In this document: positions 33,378-45,439 of the stretch, piece after piece
How the letters are laid out: every line of letters begins with the position of its first letter
How positions within the stretch are numbered: the stretch's first letter is position 1
Assembly (NCBI GenBank): GCA_963664405.1
Contig: OY761158.1
Span: forward strand, 6,400,001 to 6,464,000
DNA from: Thermoanaerobaculia bacterium
Lineage (GTDB): Bacteria > Acidobacteriota > Thermoanaerobaculia > Multivoradales > Multivoraceae
Reading direction: 5' to 3'
DNA: 64,000 bases
Program-made: the position numbers and the translations under genes
The notes under the pieces: model-generated
What the model was told of the DNA's origin: nothing
What the model saw: only the letters and a program-made list of their open reading frames with translations
The model's database searches: none

Positions 33378-34159
33378 CTGAGGGCACCATCCTCTTCGAC
33401 CTCGAAGACCGCGACGCTGGCTCGGTGGCGACCGTGACGATCGCCAACCCGGAGCGCCTCAATATTCTCAGCTCTCCTATCCTGGCGGAGCTCGAGAGTT
33501 GTTTGAAGAGGGTCGCTGAGGTCGAGGATCTGCGCGCAGTGGTGCTCCAGGGCGGGGGAGAGCGAGCGTTCATCGGCGGTGCGGATATTCGTGAGTTGGC
33601 GGTTCTCGAGCCTGATTCGGCACGGACATTCATCACTGCGGTCCATCGCGTGTGCACGGGCCTGCGCGAGCTTCCGGTGCCAGTGATCGCCAAGATTTCA
33701 GGTTATTGCCTCGGTGCCGGGCTCGAGGTGGCCGCTTCGTGTGATCTTCGGGTTGCAGCCGAGCACTCTCAGTTCGGGATGCCGGAGGTGCAGCTCGGAG
33801 TCCCTTCGGTGGTAGAAGCGGCTCTCTTGCCGCGTCTCATCGGCTGGGGTCGTACACGCGAGCTCGTCTTTGCCGGCCGGTCGTTCATGGCCACGGAAGT
33901 GGCCGGTTGGGGGCTCATCGAGAGGGTTGTCCCACGACGCGAGCTCGATGCCGCTGTCGAAGAGTGGGTAGGCTCGATTCTGCGCGCGGGTCCGAGAGCG
34001 ATCCGACTGCAGAAGGAGCTGATTCGAAAGTGGGAAGAGCTACCTCTCGACAAAGCTATCGAGGCCGGTATAGAGGTCTTCGGGCGCGCTTACGAAAGCG
34101 ACGAGCCGAGAGAGAGGGCGCAGCAGTTTCTCGACCAGCGGAAACGGCTCGAGGACTAG
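33374..34159 (+). CDS. Enoyl-CoA hydratase/isomerase
   Basis: AFIGGADI, GYCLGAGLE, FGMPEV. Confidence 0.92.
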   Translation: MTEGTILFDLEDRDAGSVATVTIANPERLNILSSPILAELESCLKRVAEVEDLRAVVLQGGGERAFIGGADIRELAVLEPDSARTFITAVHRVCTGLRELPVPVIAKISGYCLGAGLEVAASCDLRVAAEHSQFGMPEVQLGVPSVVEAALLPRLIGWGRTRELVFAGRSFMATEVAGWGLIERVVPRRELDAAVEEWVGSILRAGPRAIRLQKELIRKWEELPLDKAIEAGIEVFGRAYESDEPRERAQQFLDQRKRLED

Positions 34160-34195
34160 ACCAGCCGGTTCTGGCAGTCCGCCGAGATCTGGCTC

Positions 34196-35350
34196 TCAAG
34201 CTGGTGCGAGCTCTGTTTCCGCCAAGCGAGCCCAGTAGCGGGCCCCCAGGGTGAGGATGCCGTCGTTGAAGTCGTAGCGGGGGTGATGGACCATCGGGCC
34301 GGGGCCGGCGCCGAGCAGGACGTAGGCACCGGGGCACTCCTGAAGCATGAAGGCGAAGTCTTCAGACCCCATCGTGGGCTTGACGTCGAGATCGACCCTC
34401 TCTTCTCCGACCAGGCCCGAAGCCACCGCGCCGGCAATCTCGATTCCGTCCGCTGTATTGACGGTGGGTGGATAGCCGCGTGTGTATTCGAGCTCCGCCC
34501 TGGCGCCGTAGGCCTCGGCGGTTCCCTCGACCATCGTCTTCATCGTCGATTCGAGCAGGGTCTGCACTTTGGGTGTGAAGGAGCGGGTGCAACCGCGAAT
34601 CGTGACGACCTCGGGGATCACGTTCCATGTGTTCCCGGCGTTGATCTGAGTGACGGAAAGGACAGCTCTCGAGATCGGATCGACGCGCCGAGACACGACG
34701 CTTTGTAGGCCGGTCACGATTTGCGCCGCGACAACGATCGGGTCGATGCCGGCATGGGGGAAAGCGGCGTGAGTACCCCGTCCTTCTACTGTGATCTCGA
34801 ACTTGTCGAAGGCGGCCATGATCGCCCCCTCGCGCATGCTGAAGCTGCCCTCGCTGAAGCCGGGGAAGTTGTGTAGGCCGTAGACGCGGTCTACCGGAAA
34901 ACGCTCGAAGAGGCCATCTTCGATCATCACTTTGCCGCCGCCCTCGTTCTCCTCGGCGGGCTGGAAAATGAGGTGGACTGTGCCGTCGAATCGGCGGGTC
35001 TCCGCGAGGAAACGCGCAGCGCCGAGCAGCATGACAGTGTGTCCGTCATGGCCACAGGCGTGCATCTTTCCGTCGCTTTGGGAGCGGTATGGAAGGTCGT
35101 TCAGCTCATGAATCGGTAGAGCGTCCATATCCGCTCGCAGGCCGACGGCTCGCGCGGAGGTGCCGTGCCGAAGAGTGCCGACTACGCCGGTGCCGGCGAG
35201 CCCGCGAGTGACTTCGACGCCGAAGGATTCGAGGCGTTCGGCCACCAGGTTGCTGGTGCGTTCTTCTTCGAAGGCGAGCTCTGGATGGCGATGAAAGTCG
35301 TGTCGCCAGGCAACGAGCTCTTCGTAGATGTCGTCGAAAAAGTCGGTCAT
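34196..35350 (-). CDS. M20D amidohydrolase (hippurate hydrolase-like)
   Basis: HPELAFEE, LRADMDAL, MHACGHDGH, FQPAEE, SEDF. Confidence 0.93.
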   Translation of the reverse strand: MTDFFDDIYEELVAWRHDFHRHPELAFEEERTSNLVAERLESFGVEVTRGLAGTGVVGTLRHGTSARAVGLRADMDALPIHELNDLPYRSQSDGKMHACGHDGHTVMLLGAARFLAETRRFDGTVHLIFQPAEENEGGGKVMIEDGLFERFPVDRVYGLHNFPGFSEGSFSMREGAIMAAFDKFEITVEGRGTHAAFPHAGIDPIVVAAQIVTGLQSVVSRRVDPISRAVLSVTQINAGNTWNVIPEVVTIRGCTRSFTPKVQTLLESTMKTMVEGTAEAYGARAELEYTRGYPPTVNTADGIEIAGAVASGLVGEERVDLDVKPTMGSEDFAFMLQECPGAYVLLGAGPGPMVHHPRYDFNDGILTLGARYWARLAETELAPA

Positions 35351-36162
35351 CGGTCTCGCCCCTCTAGGGAATTGAGTGACCAGTCGTAGTCGAAGTAACG
35401 CAGTCGAAGCCCCTCCGTTTCGACCAACGCGGCAGCGATCTCCTCTTCGGCGTAGAGGGCTATGAAGGCCGGAATGGTCTCTGCCCGGGGGCTCCAGCCG
35501 GCCATCGTGAAGTCCTCTGCGTACCAGTCGAAGTAGGCTGAGAGATTGAGGACGTCTTTCTCCATCCGCACGTTCTGGGGGTCGCGCAGAAAGACTCGGG
35601 TCCGCGCTTCTATCTGCTCTTCGAGCTTCTCTCCGTCGAAGGCCCAAGGTGGCAGAGCGGCGCAGGAAGTCGAAGCGCAGTTGACTACGAAGTGAACTCT
35701 CGGGTCTTTGAAGAAGGGTCGGAGCAGGTTGTGCTCGATACCGTCGAGAGTGAGGTCGTAGCCTCCGACTCTATGTGTAGCCTTATCCCAGACGCCGCTG
35801 ATCTGTCGGATCGAGGTGACTTCAGGGTGGTCGAGGATCGAGGCCACGGTCAGGGCATTGTAGGCGTTGAGGAGAAGGGCCTCGAGATGGGACGGTGCCA
35901 ACTGCTCGAGGTCGGCGTTTGCGATTGCGGCCAGATAGAGATCGAGAGTGGTGCGATGCTCTCCCAGGTAGGAGTAGTCGATCCTGCCGTCACGCACGGC
36001 TGCTCTCAACAAGTCATCCCAGAGATGGTTGTCGAAACCCTGAGTGCCGTCGCTGAGAGACGCGAGGACCCGCTCGGCGATGTCGCCCGCCGCGGGACGG
36101 CTCTCCGGAGCTCCGCAGCCCAGGAGAGCGGCGAGGGTCGCGGCAGCGAGGATTTGTCGCAT
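35347..36162 (-). CDS. DUF547 lipoprotein
   Basis: Lipobox LLGC; NAYNA, IEHNLLR, DPRVHFVVNCASTSC, YDWSLN. Confidence 0.88.
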   Translation of the reverse strand: MRQILAAATLAALLGCGAPESRPAAGDIAERVLASLSDGTQGFDNHLWDDLLRAAVRDGRIDYSYLGEHRTTLDLYLAAIANADLEQLAPSHLEALLLNAYNALTVASILDHPEVTSIRQISGVWDKATHRVGGYDLTLDGIEHNLLRPFFKDPRVHFVVNCASTSCAALPPWAFDGEKLEEQIEARTRVFLRDPQNVRMEKDVLNLSAYFDWYAEDFTMAGWSPRAETIPAFIALYAEEEIAAALVETEGLRLRYFDYDWSLNSLEGRDR

Positions 36163-36186
36163 AGCGCTCGGCTGGCCTGGATAGGC

Positions 36187-36633
36187 CTAGCGATTTTCGC
36201 TCGAAGCCGTCTCCACTACCGGGCCTGCGTCGTCTTCGTGCTCTGTTTCGAGTTGCAGGGCTACCGAGTTCATGCAGTATCGTAGCCCGGTTGGCGCCGG
36301 ACCGTCGGGGAATACATGTCCGAGATGGGCGTCGCAAGCAGCGCAGAGAACTTCAGTGCGCGCCATGCCGAACTTGCGGTCCTCGTGGGTCACGACCGCG
36401 TCTTCGTCAACCGGCTTGAAGAAGCTGGGCCAGCCGCTTCCGGAGTCGAACTTGGTCTCGGACTCGAAGAGTCTCTCCCCGCAACAAGCGCACGCGTAAG
36501 TGCCTGGCTCCTTGCTGTCGTGGTAGCGCCCGCTGAAGGCCCGCTCGGTCCCTCCGAGAAAACAGACTTCGAACTGATCGTCGGGAAGAAGGTTCTTCCA
36601 TTCTTCGGCGCTTCGTTTTTTGTCTTTGGCCAT
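36187..36633 (-). CDS. msrB: Methionine-R-sulfoxide reductase
   Basis: [36 protein letters not shown]. Confidence 0.96.
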   Translation of the reverse strand: MAKDKKRSAEEWKNLLPDDQFEVCFLGGTERAFSGRYHDSKEPGTYACACCGERLFESETKFDSGSGWPSFFKPVDEDAVVTHEDRKFGMARTEVLCAACDAHLGHVFPDGPAPTGLRYCMNSVALQLETEHEDDAGPVVETASSENR

Positions 36634-36655
36634 ACCTGTCTCTGTCCCTTCTTAG

Positions 36656-37087
36656 TCAGTGGTCATCGTCTGTGACCTTGCCGCGGAGTTGCTTGGTCTG
36701 GCTGCGTCGTTCCTTGCCCTCGAGTCTCTTTCTCTTTTGTGAGCGAGGAACGCGCGTGGGGCGTCGAGGCTTGGGTATTTCGGCGGCTCGTTCGAGGAGA
36801 GCCTGTAGGCGTTGACGGGCGTCTTGGCGATTGCGCTCGCGGGTGCGGTGCCGGCGGGCCTCGATGCGTAGGATGCCGTCTGCGCCAAAGCGCCGGCCGG
36901 CTATTTGCTGGAGTCGCGCCGCGACCTCAGCCGGCAATTCCGCTGCTTCGACATCGAAGCGGAGCTGCACGGCGGTCGCGACTTTGTTGACATTCTGGCC
37001 GCCGGGACCCGAGGCCCGAACGAAGTCCTCCTGGATGTAGCGCTCGAGAGCTCCGAGATCGGGGGCCGCTGGATCCGTGTCAGGCAA
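36656..37087 (-). CDS. arfB: Alternative ribosome rescue factor B
   Basis: RASGPGGQNVNKVATAV and a basic C-terminal tail. Confidence 0.94.
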   Translation of the reverse strand: MPDTDPAAPDLGALERYIQEDFVRASGPGGQNVNKVATAVQLRFDVEAAELPAEVAARLQQIAGRRFGADGILRIEARRHRTRERNRQDARQRLQALLERAAEIPKPRRPTRVPRSQKRKRLEGKERRSQTKQLRGKVTDDDH

Positions 37088-37110
37088 TGGTGACTTCCCG
37101 ACCCCCGGGC

Positions 37111-39636
37111 TCAGTGGTACTCGCCGGAGAGCGGCACGATGTCGTCAGGGTTGTCGCCATGAAAAAGAAGACGACCCTTGTTCAGGCTGGCATCGCGCAG
37201 AGTAAATGCGAGGACCTGTCCGAGGTCATCGACCGGCTCGATTTGAATCGAATCGAGGACCTCTGGAGGCAGATCCTCGAGATCGGCTTCGTTGGCGCGC
37301 GGGAGAAGGATATTTGTAATCCCGGCACGAACCGCACCGAGGATCTTCTCTTTGACCCCGCCGATCGGAAGTACCCGCCCACTCAGGGTTATCTCGCCGG
37401 TCATCGCGACGTCATGACGGGCCGGGCGCCCCGAGACAGCAGAGACCAGCGCCGTTGCGATCGTGACACCCGCTGAGGGTCCGTCCTTGGGGATAGCTCC
37501 AGCCGGCACGTGCACATGAAGATCCTGTTGGAAGCCGGACGGCTCGATGTGAAGCGCCTCGGCATGAGCGCGCGCGTAGCTCCACGCAGCTCGGGCCGAC
37601 TCTTTCATGATGTCACCGAGCTGTCCGGTGAGTATGAGCTCGCCCTTGCCTGGCATGGTGGAGACTTCGACAAACATGATGTCGCCACCAACCGGAGTGT
37701 AGAACATGCCGGTCGCGACACCGACCTGGTCTCGCGCGGCGGCGGTCTCGGGGTGAACACGGGGTCGGCCAAGGATCTCGGCTAGATCTTTCGATCCGAT
37801 GGCTACGAATCGCTCCTCTCCGGTTGCAATCTTGAGAGCGGCCTTCCTTGCTAGCCGCCCGATCTCACGCTCCAGCTGGCGGACGCCGGCTTCTCGGGTG
37901 TACCGAGAGATGAGCTCGCTGAGTGCAGAGTCATGGATCTCGATCTGGTCCGCCGTTAGCCCGTTCTCTTCCAGCTGGCGCGGGGCCAGATACTGACGGG
38001 CAATGGCCAGCTTCTCCTGCTCGGTGTAGCCAGAGAACTCGACCGTCTCCATGCGATCCAGTAGAGCAGCCGGAATGTCCTGGACGAAGTTGGCCGTGGC
38101 GATGAAGAGAACCTCACTCAGATCGAAAGGGACGCCCAGGTAGTGGTCGGTGAAGCTGTGGTTCTGAGCCGGATCGAGTACTTCGAGCAGAGCACTCGCG
38201 GGATTGCCCTGGTACGAGACGGCAAGTTTGTCGACTTCGTCGAGGAGGAAGACGGGGTTCTTGGTTCCGGCTTGCTTGAGGCCCTGGATGATGCGTCCGG
38301 GCATCGCCGCCACGTAGGTCCGCCGATGACCGCGAATGTCAGCCTCGTCACGGGCGCCGCCGAGCGAGATACGGTGATATTCACGTCCGGTTGCTCGCGC
38401 GATCGACTCTGCAATCGAAGTCTTGCCGACGCCTGGGGGGCCCACGAAAAGGAGGATAGGGCTCTTGCGCCGCGACTTCTCGGCGATGAGCCCGCTTTCT
38501 TCTTCGCTCTTGTCCGGCGCGGCTTCGTCGGTGTCCGCCGGCGCGACTTCGTCGGTCTCACCCGCCGCGACTTCGTCGATTTCCTCGGTAGCCTCTTTGG
38601 CTCGCTGGAGTTGACGGACCGCGAGGAACTCGAGGATCCTGTCTTTGGTGTCGGCAAGTCCGTAGTGATCCCGCTCGAGAACCGCAGCTGCGTGCTCGAG
38701 GTCGATCTGCTCTTCGGTGCGGGTGTTCCAAGGCAGCTCCGCGATGGTTTCGAGATAGGTCCGGATGACCTGCGACTCCATCGCCTCACGACCCATGCGA
38801 CTCAGGCGAGTGAGCTCGCGGTCGACTTCCTTTCTCACCGCGTGCGGAAGATCCAGGGCGTTCAGTTTGTCTTGGAGCTCCTGAGTGTCTTCAGTACCTT
38901 CAGCCTCACCGAGCTCTTGCTGCACCGCTTTGAGCTGCTCACGGAGAAAGATCTCTCGCTGTCGATCCCCGATCTCTTCCTGAACCCTCGACTTGATCTG
39001 ATCCTGGGCTTCGAGCACGATGATCTGTCGCTGCACGTGTGTGAGGACCAATCTGAGACGCTTCTCGATGTCCATCGTTTCGAGGATCTCTTGACGCTGC
39101 GAGGCGTCGAGCTCCAGGTAGCCGGCGACCAGATCGCTGAAGCGAGCCGGCTGCGAGACGCTCTTCAGAACCTGCTCGACCGCTTCCTTTGGAAGGCCCG
39201 AGCGTTCACCGAGCTCGGCGGCTCGCTGCCGAAGCTCTCGGTCGAGAGCGACGAAGGCGGGGTCGTCGACCGCGCTGGGTAAGAGCTCGTCTGCCTCGAC
39301 GACGGTCGCGACGATCATGCCGTCGCGCTCCTCGTAGCGAACTCCATTGGCGCGGCGCACGCCGGTAATGAGGAGCTGGGTACCGGCGAGGCCACGCTGG
39401 TGCTGGTCGATTCGAGAGATCGTTCCCGTCGTGTACAGATCGTCCGCACCTACGTCGTCGCGGTTCTCCTTTTGCGTGACAGTGAAGATCAGCTGCTCGG
39501 AGTCGTTGTGGGCCTGTTCGATGGCTCGAAGGCTCTTCGGGCGGCCGGCAAGGATGGGCAGGGTGACGCCTGGGAAGACGACGAGCTCGCGCAGCGGTAG
39601 GACCGGCAGATGCCGTGGCTCTTTCTTTTCACTCAT
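37111..39636 (-). CDS. lon: Lon protease
   Basis: [38 protein letters not shown]. Confidence 0.96.
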   Translation of the reverse strand: MSEKKEPRHLPVLPLRELVVFPGVTLPILAGRPKSLRAIEQAHNDSEQLIFTVTQKENRDDVGADDLYTTGTISRIDQHQRGLAGTQLLITGVRRANGVRYEERDGMIVATVVEADELLPSAVDDPAFVALDRELRQRAAELGERSGLPKEAVEQVLKSVSQPARFSDLVAGYLELDASQRQEILETMDIEKRLRLVLTHVQRQIIVLEAQDQIKSRVQEEIGDRQREIFLREQLKAVQQELGEAEGTEDTQELQDKLNALDLPHAVRKEVDRELTRLSRMGREAMESQVIRTYLETIAELPWNTRTEEQIDLEHAAAVLERDHYGLADTKDRILEFLAVRQLQRAKEATEEIDEVAAGETDEVAPADTDEAAPDKSEEESGLIAEKSRRKSPILLFVGPPGVGKTSIAESIARATGREYHRISLGGARDEADIRGHRRTYVAAMPGRIIQGLKQAGTKNPVFLLDEVDKLAVSYQGNPASALLEVLDPAQNHSFTDHYLGVPFDLSEVLFIATANFVQDIPAALLDRMETVEFSGYTEQEKLAIARQYLAPRQLEENGLTADQIEIHDSALSELISRYTREAGVRQLEREIGRLARKAALKIATGEERFVAIGSKDLAEILGRPRVHPETAAARDQVGVATGMFYTPVGGDIMFVEVSTMPGKGELILTGQLGDIMKESARAAWSYARAHAEALHIEPSGFQQDLHVHVPAGAIPKDGPSAGVTIATALVSAVSGRPARHDVAMTGEITLSGRVLPIGGVKEKILGAVRAGITNILLPRANEADLEDLPPEVLDSIQIEPVDDLGQVLAFTLRDASLNKGRLLFHGDNPDDIVPLSGEYH

Positions 39637-39990
39637 GTCGAGGGCTCACTTCCTGGTGTGGGTCGTGACTTCATAGCGCCGAGCGCGGGAGGTCCGCCGG
39701 GGCGCTGTGCTTGTAGTCCTGAGAACCGTGAAGGGAGTCGAACTATTCCCGGGAGATTCAAGACCTTAGGACTTCTTACTAAGGTATTATATGGCAATAG
39801 TCCGCTCAAGCCTAGGGCTGGAGAAGCTCGTCGTCGGGAAGTTCCTGGCGTCTCGGCTCAGGGCTTCGTCGGCTCCTGTTTCGACCTGTGCGCGCGCTGT
39901 GTTCTCGGCGGCTGTCGTTTTCTGTGGCCTTGCTTTGGGCTCCTTGCGTGATGCTTTCATGTGTGTCATCTTGCCTCCAAGGAGCCTCAC

Positions 39991-41679
39991 ATTCCCCACC
40001 TCGAAGGCAATCTTCTCGGGCTCAAAGCCGCGCAGCGAAAGACTCTCGAGCGGACCTTCAGGCGCCGTGTGCCGGCCGACGAGGTCGTCACTCAGGAGCT
40101 GGCGCGCCACCTCTGCGAGATCTCCCGAGAGCTCGGGCGGCAGGTCGGCGTTTTGCTTTCTAGAGATGGGAGCGTTCGGCAAGTGGTGGTCGGTGACGCC
40201 GGCCAGCTCATGCTTCCGGATGTCGGCCGTCTGCGCGGTGGAGTCGGTCGCTTCCGCGGTCTGCGCCTCGTTCACACCCATCTTCGTGGCGAGCCGATCA
40301 CCGATGACGATCTCAATGACCTCGCCTTGCTGCGGCTCGATCTCGTAGCTGTCTTGCAGGCTGGCGCCGAGGGCCGGGTCGAAGGAGTCGAGGTCGCCCA
40401 TCTCGATCCGGGGGCGGTGGCCGCTGAACGCTCCCAGGACGGCGAGCTCTTCGTGCGAGTGGCCTCGAGTCAGGTGCCGGATCTCGACTTCGATTTCCAA
40501 GAGACGATGCGCGCGCTCGAGGCCGAGCTCGGAAGGGTCGCGTCCCAGGGCGTGGGCTCGGGCGGTGCCGAGCGAGCCCTGGTGCTAGGAGTGGCGCGCG
40601 AGGAAGAGACCTTTCTCGAGGCCCTTGACCTCGTCGCATCGACCGATGTCGAGGTTGCGGGTACGCTGCGGCACCGCCGCTCCCGCCTTCACCCTCGAAC
40701 CGTCGTGGGTCGCGGGAAGCTGGTCGAGATCGTTCTGGAAAGCATGCGCTGTGGCGCCTCGGTTGCGATTTTCGACATCGACCTGCGCCCGGCTCAGGCT
40801 AGAGGGTTCGAGGACGCCACCGGGCTCAAGGCGATCGATCGCACTCAGCTCATTCTCGATGTCTTTGCTCAGCGGGCCCGCAGTCGCGATGGCAAGCTGC
40901 AGGTCGAGCTCGCGCAGCTCAAATATGCGCTGCCGCGGTTGACGGAAAAGGATTCCGGTCTCTCTCGTCTCACCGGCGGCATCGGTGGCCGGGGGCCCGG
41001 TGAGACTGTCCTGGAAATCAGTCGCCGTCGCCTTCGCGACCGGGTTCGCAAGCTGGAGCGGCAGATCGATGGACTCTCGAAGCAGCGCGATGTGCGACGT
41101 CGCCGGCGGCGCAAGAGCGGTGTTCCCGTGCTCTCGCTGATCGGCTATACCAACGCCGGAAAGTCGAGTCTGCTCAATGCACTGACCGAGAGCAAGGTGG
41201 CGGCGGCCGACAAGCTCTTTGTGACTTTGGATCCAACCAGTCGGCGCCTCCGCTTCCCGCGTGAAGGCGAGGTGGTGATTACCGACACGGTCGGATTCAT
41301 CGCAGATCTACCTCCCGATCTGCTTAGCGCCTTTCGGGCGACTCTCGAAGAGCTCGCCGACGCGGACCTGCTGTTGCACGTGGCGGATGCCGCAGATCCT
41401 GGTTTGCCGCGCAAGATCGAAACGGTCGAGGCCCTGCTCGAGGAGTTGGATCTCGGTGAAATCCCGCGCCTCTTGGTGCTCAATAAGGCCGATCTCGTAG
41501 CCGAAGAGGAGATGGCCATGCTCGAGCGAGGGCTCGGCGGCGTGCCGACGAGCGCTCAGACTCGGCTGGGTATGGGTGAGCTCATTCGTAGCGCTGAGCA
41601 GCGGCTCGGAGGGCGTCGGCCCTTCGTTCGTACCCACGGCGAAGGCCTGGCTCTGGAAGTCGGCGCGCGCCACGAATAG
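39991..41679 (+). CDS. hflX: GTPase HflX, long N-terminal form (probable ATT start; alternative GTG at 39961)
   Basis: [43 protein letters not shown]. Confidence 0.93.
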   Translation: MPHLEGNLLGLKAAQRKTLERTFRRRVPADEVVTQELARHLCEISRELGRQVGVLLSRDGSVRQVVVGDAGQLMLPDVGRLRGGVGRFRGLRLVHTHLRGEPITDDDLNDLALLRLDLVAVLQAGAEGRVEGVEVAHLDPGAVAAERSQDGELFVRVASSQVPDLDFDFQETMRALEAELGRVASQGVGSGGAERALVLGVAREEETFLEALDLVASTDVEVAGTLRHRRSRLHPRTVVGRGKLVEIVLESMRCGASVAIFDIDLRPAQARGFEDATGLKAIDRTQLILDVFAQRARSRDGKLQVELAQLKYALPRLTEKDSGLSRLTGGIGGRGPGETVLEISRRRLRDRVRKLERQIDGLSKQRDVRRRRRRKSGVPVLSLIGYTNAGKSSLLNALTESKVAAADKLFVTLDPTSRRLRFPREGEVVITDTVGFIADLPPDLLSAFRATLEELADADLLLHVADAADPGLPRKIETVEALLEELDLGEIPRLLVLNKADLVAEEEMAMLERGLGGVPTSAQTRLGMGELIRSAEQRLGGRRPFVRTHGEGLALEVGARHE

Positions 41680-41689
41680 AATGGAAGCG

Positions 41690-42166
41690 ATGACGCGCTC
41701 GCTGCAGGCCGGTATCTTCTGTTTGTTGGTCGCAGTTGTCGGCTCGAGTGCGGCCGAGGATTCGAGCGCTGGTTTCGCCCCGGAGACCTGGGAACAGGGT
41801 GCGGAGGGACTCTTCGGCGCGATCCGTACTCTCGAAGAGGGGGATCACACGGTTCCGATGGTGGTGTATTTCTACACCGATTGGTGTGGCTACTGCCGGC
41901 AATTCGAGCGCGAGCTCCTCGGCAAAGAGAAGGTGAGGGGTTACTTCGAGGATCTTCTCGCGGTGCGGATCAACCCGGAGAAGGGTGACCAGGAGCGCCA
42001 GGTCGCCGAGTATTACGGCGTCAACGGCTATCCGGCATTTTTCGTTCACAGCAGTCGTTCCCGAACTCTCTCCAGGGTAGAACGAATGGTGGTCGAGAAT
42101 GGGCAGCCACGCCTGAAGTCCGAAGACGAGTTCCTGCGCGCTGTGGCCGAGGCGGCCGCTCGCTAG
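41690..42166 (+). CDS. Secreted thioredoxin-like protein
   Basis: Signal peptide; FYTDWCGYC; GYP cis-Pro motif. Confidence 0.85.
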   Translation: MTRSLQAGIFCLLVAVVGSSAAEDSSAGFAPETWEQGAEGLFGAIRTLEEGDHTVPMVVYFYTDWCGYCRQFERELLGKEKVRGYFEDLLAVRINPEKGDQERQVAEYYGVNGYPAFFVHSSRSRTLSRVERMVVENGQPRLKSEDEFLRAVAEAAAR

Positions 42167-42327
42167 TGTCCTGTACCAGTAGTTCGTCACATAACTCGCT
42201 GGCCCTTTTGCGTCCTGCCGTCGTTGCACCTCCTCGAAATATACCCAATATGACTTCGTCGGCGCGCCTTGGCAGCCCACAAAATGACTGCGCGATTTAT
42301 GCAACGAACCACTGATACAGGACACTA
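42164..42327 (-). repeat. TA-flanked palindromic element, family C (adds 162 nt), on a stop codon
   Basis: TIR TAGTGTCCTGTACCAGTAGTTCGTCACATAA...TTATGCAACGAACCACTGATACAGGACACTA; interior alignable with family A. Confidence 0.88.
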
Positions 42328-42351
42328 ACGTCGCGATGCATTAGCGGGGCG

Positions 42352-43200
42352 ATGACCGGACCGTTGATCTCTGCCGCGGAGCTGTCGGCCTATGAAGGTG
42401 ATCTACGCCTGATCGATGTGCGTGGGCAGGGCAGAGATGCCTACGGGGAAGGACACCTGGTGGGGGCGATCTTCGCCAGTCCCGATGAAGATCTCGCGGC
42501 TCCAGTCGAAGATGCTGCCGCCGGCGGTCGACATCCTCTGCCGTCGCTCGAGGCATGGGCCGCGACCCTGGGCCGATGGCGGGTATCTCCCTCGACCTTC
42601 GTCGTCGCCTATGACGATGCCGGCGGCGCTCATGCCGCCTGTCGCGCCTGGTGGATGATTCGCGCGATCGGGCATCGCGAGGTCGCGGTGCTCGATGGCG
42701 GGCTCGAGGCGGCTCGCCATGCCGGTCTCGAGGTCTCGACCGATGACGTGTCTGTGTCTCCGCTTGGCCCGCACCCGCTCCCGGAGAGCGGGAACTGGGC
42801 TCTTCCCACTTTGGGTATCGAAGAGGTGGAAGAGCATCGCCTCGATGTGGACAAGTGTCTGATCGACGTGCGAGCCGCGCCGCGATTCCGTGGCGAGGAG
42901 GACACCTTCGAGCCCATCGCCGGCCACATTCCAGGCGCCAGAAACCTTCCCTATCCTCAGAATCTGGGCGCGGACGGGTGCTTCCTGCCCCGAGAGGAGC
43001 TGCGCAGTCTCTATGAGGGGCTGCTCGATGGTTGTGCCGCCGACGTCGCGGCGGTCTACTGTGGCTCGGGTGTCACCGCCTGCCACACCCTTCTCGCGCT
43101 GGAGCAGGCAGGGCTCGAGGGGGCGAGTCTCTACGTCGGCTCGTGGAGTGAGTGGTCGAGAAGCGGCCGGCCGAAAGGCCGAGTGCTGCGCAGTTCATGA
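42352..43200 (+). CDS. sseA: Thiosulfate/3-mercaptopyruvate sulfurtransferase
   Basis: GRHPLP, GHIPGA, YCGSGVTAC, YVGSWSEW. Confidence 0.92.
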   Translation: MTGPLISAAELSAYEGDLRLIDVRGQGRDAYGEGHLVGAIFASPDEDLAAPVEDAAAGGRHPLPSLEAWAATLGRWRVSPSTFVVAYDDAGGAHAACRAWWMIRAIGHREVAVLDGGLEAARHAGLEVSTDDVSVSPLGPHPLPESGNWALPTLGIEEVEEHRLDVDKCLIDVRAAPRFRGEEDTFEPIAGHIPGARNLPYPQNLGADGCFLPREELRSLYEGLLDGCAADVAAVYCGSGVTACHTLLALEQAGLEGASLYVGSWSEWSRSGRPKGRVLRSS

Positions 43201-43201
43201 G

Positions 43202-43235
43202 AAAAAAAACGGCCGACCCCGAAGGGCCGGCCGTT
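43202..43235 (-). terminator. Intrinsic terminator of groES-groL
   Basis: Minus strand: CGGCCGGCCC-TTCG-GGGTCGGCCG followed by T8. Confidence 0.85.
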
Positions 43236-43275
43236 AAACCGATGAGATCAAATCTCAGAGAGCTGGAAGGCTGGA

Positions 43276-44979
<1,704 letters not shown>

Positions 44980-45267
44980 CTACCCGACGATGGCGAGGAC
45001 TTCGTCCTCACGCAGAACGACGTAGTCTTCGCCTTCGACCTTGATGTCGCTTCCGGAATACTTGCCGACGAGCACTTTGTCGCCGACGCTGACATCCATT
45101 GCCTGGCGGGTGCCGTCTTCGTTGAGCTTGCCGGGGCCGACCGCGACAACCTCAGCTTCTTGCGGCTTCTCTTTGGCGGTATCGGGAATGATGATGCCGC
45201 CGCTTAGCTGCTCCTCTTCGTCGAGGCGCTTGATCAGAATGCGGTCTTGAAGTGGACGAATGTTCAC
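44980..45267 (-). CDS. groES: Co-chaperonin GroES
   Basis: IRPLQDRIL, GGIIIPDTAKEKPQ; GTG start with AAGGAG RBS. Confidence 0.97.
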   Translation of the reverse strand: MNIRPLQDRILIKRLDEEEQLSGGIIIPDTAKEKPQEAEVVAVGPGKLNEDGTRQAMDVSVGDKVLVGKYSGSDIKVEGEDYVVLREDEVLAIVG

Positions 45268-45325
45268 TACTTCACTCCTTGTTGTTGTTGATTCCAACGG
45301 ACTGAGGTCAGGGGGCAGGAGGTGC

Positions 45326-45360
45326 CTTACCAGCACTCCTCTCCGATGAGTGCTGGTAAG
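45326..45360. promoter_or_regulatory. CIRCE-like (HrcA) operator
   Basis: CTTACCAGCACTC-N9-GAGTGCTGGTAAG versus consensus TTAGCACTC-N9-GAGTGCTAA. Confidence 0.85.
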
Positions 45361-45386
45361 TGTAGCTTCTGGGCGCCGCATGTCAA
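45359..45386 (-). promoter_or_regulatory. Sigma70-type promoter of groES
   Basis: Minus strand TTGACA-16-TACACT abutting the CIRCE-like repeat. Confidence 0.8.
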
Positions 45387-45439
45387 GGCCGAAAGTGGGT
45401 GTCGCCTGCGAGTAGGATAGTGGGGCCGCGGCAATCGCG

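Noticed and set aside
34156-34165. CTAGACCAGC matching the family A terminus at a stop codon
   Set aside because: Only 10 bp with no core or partner arm; a scar is possible but unsupported.
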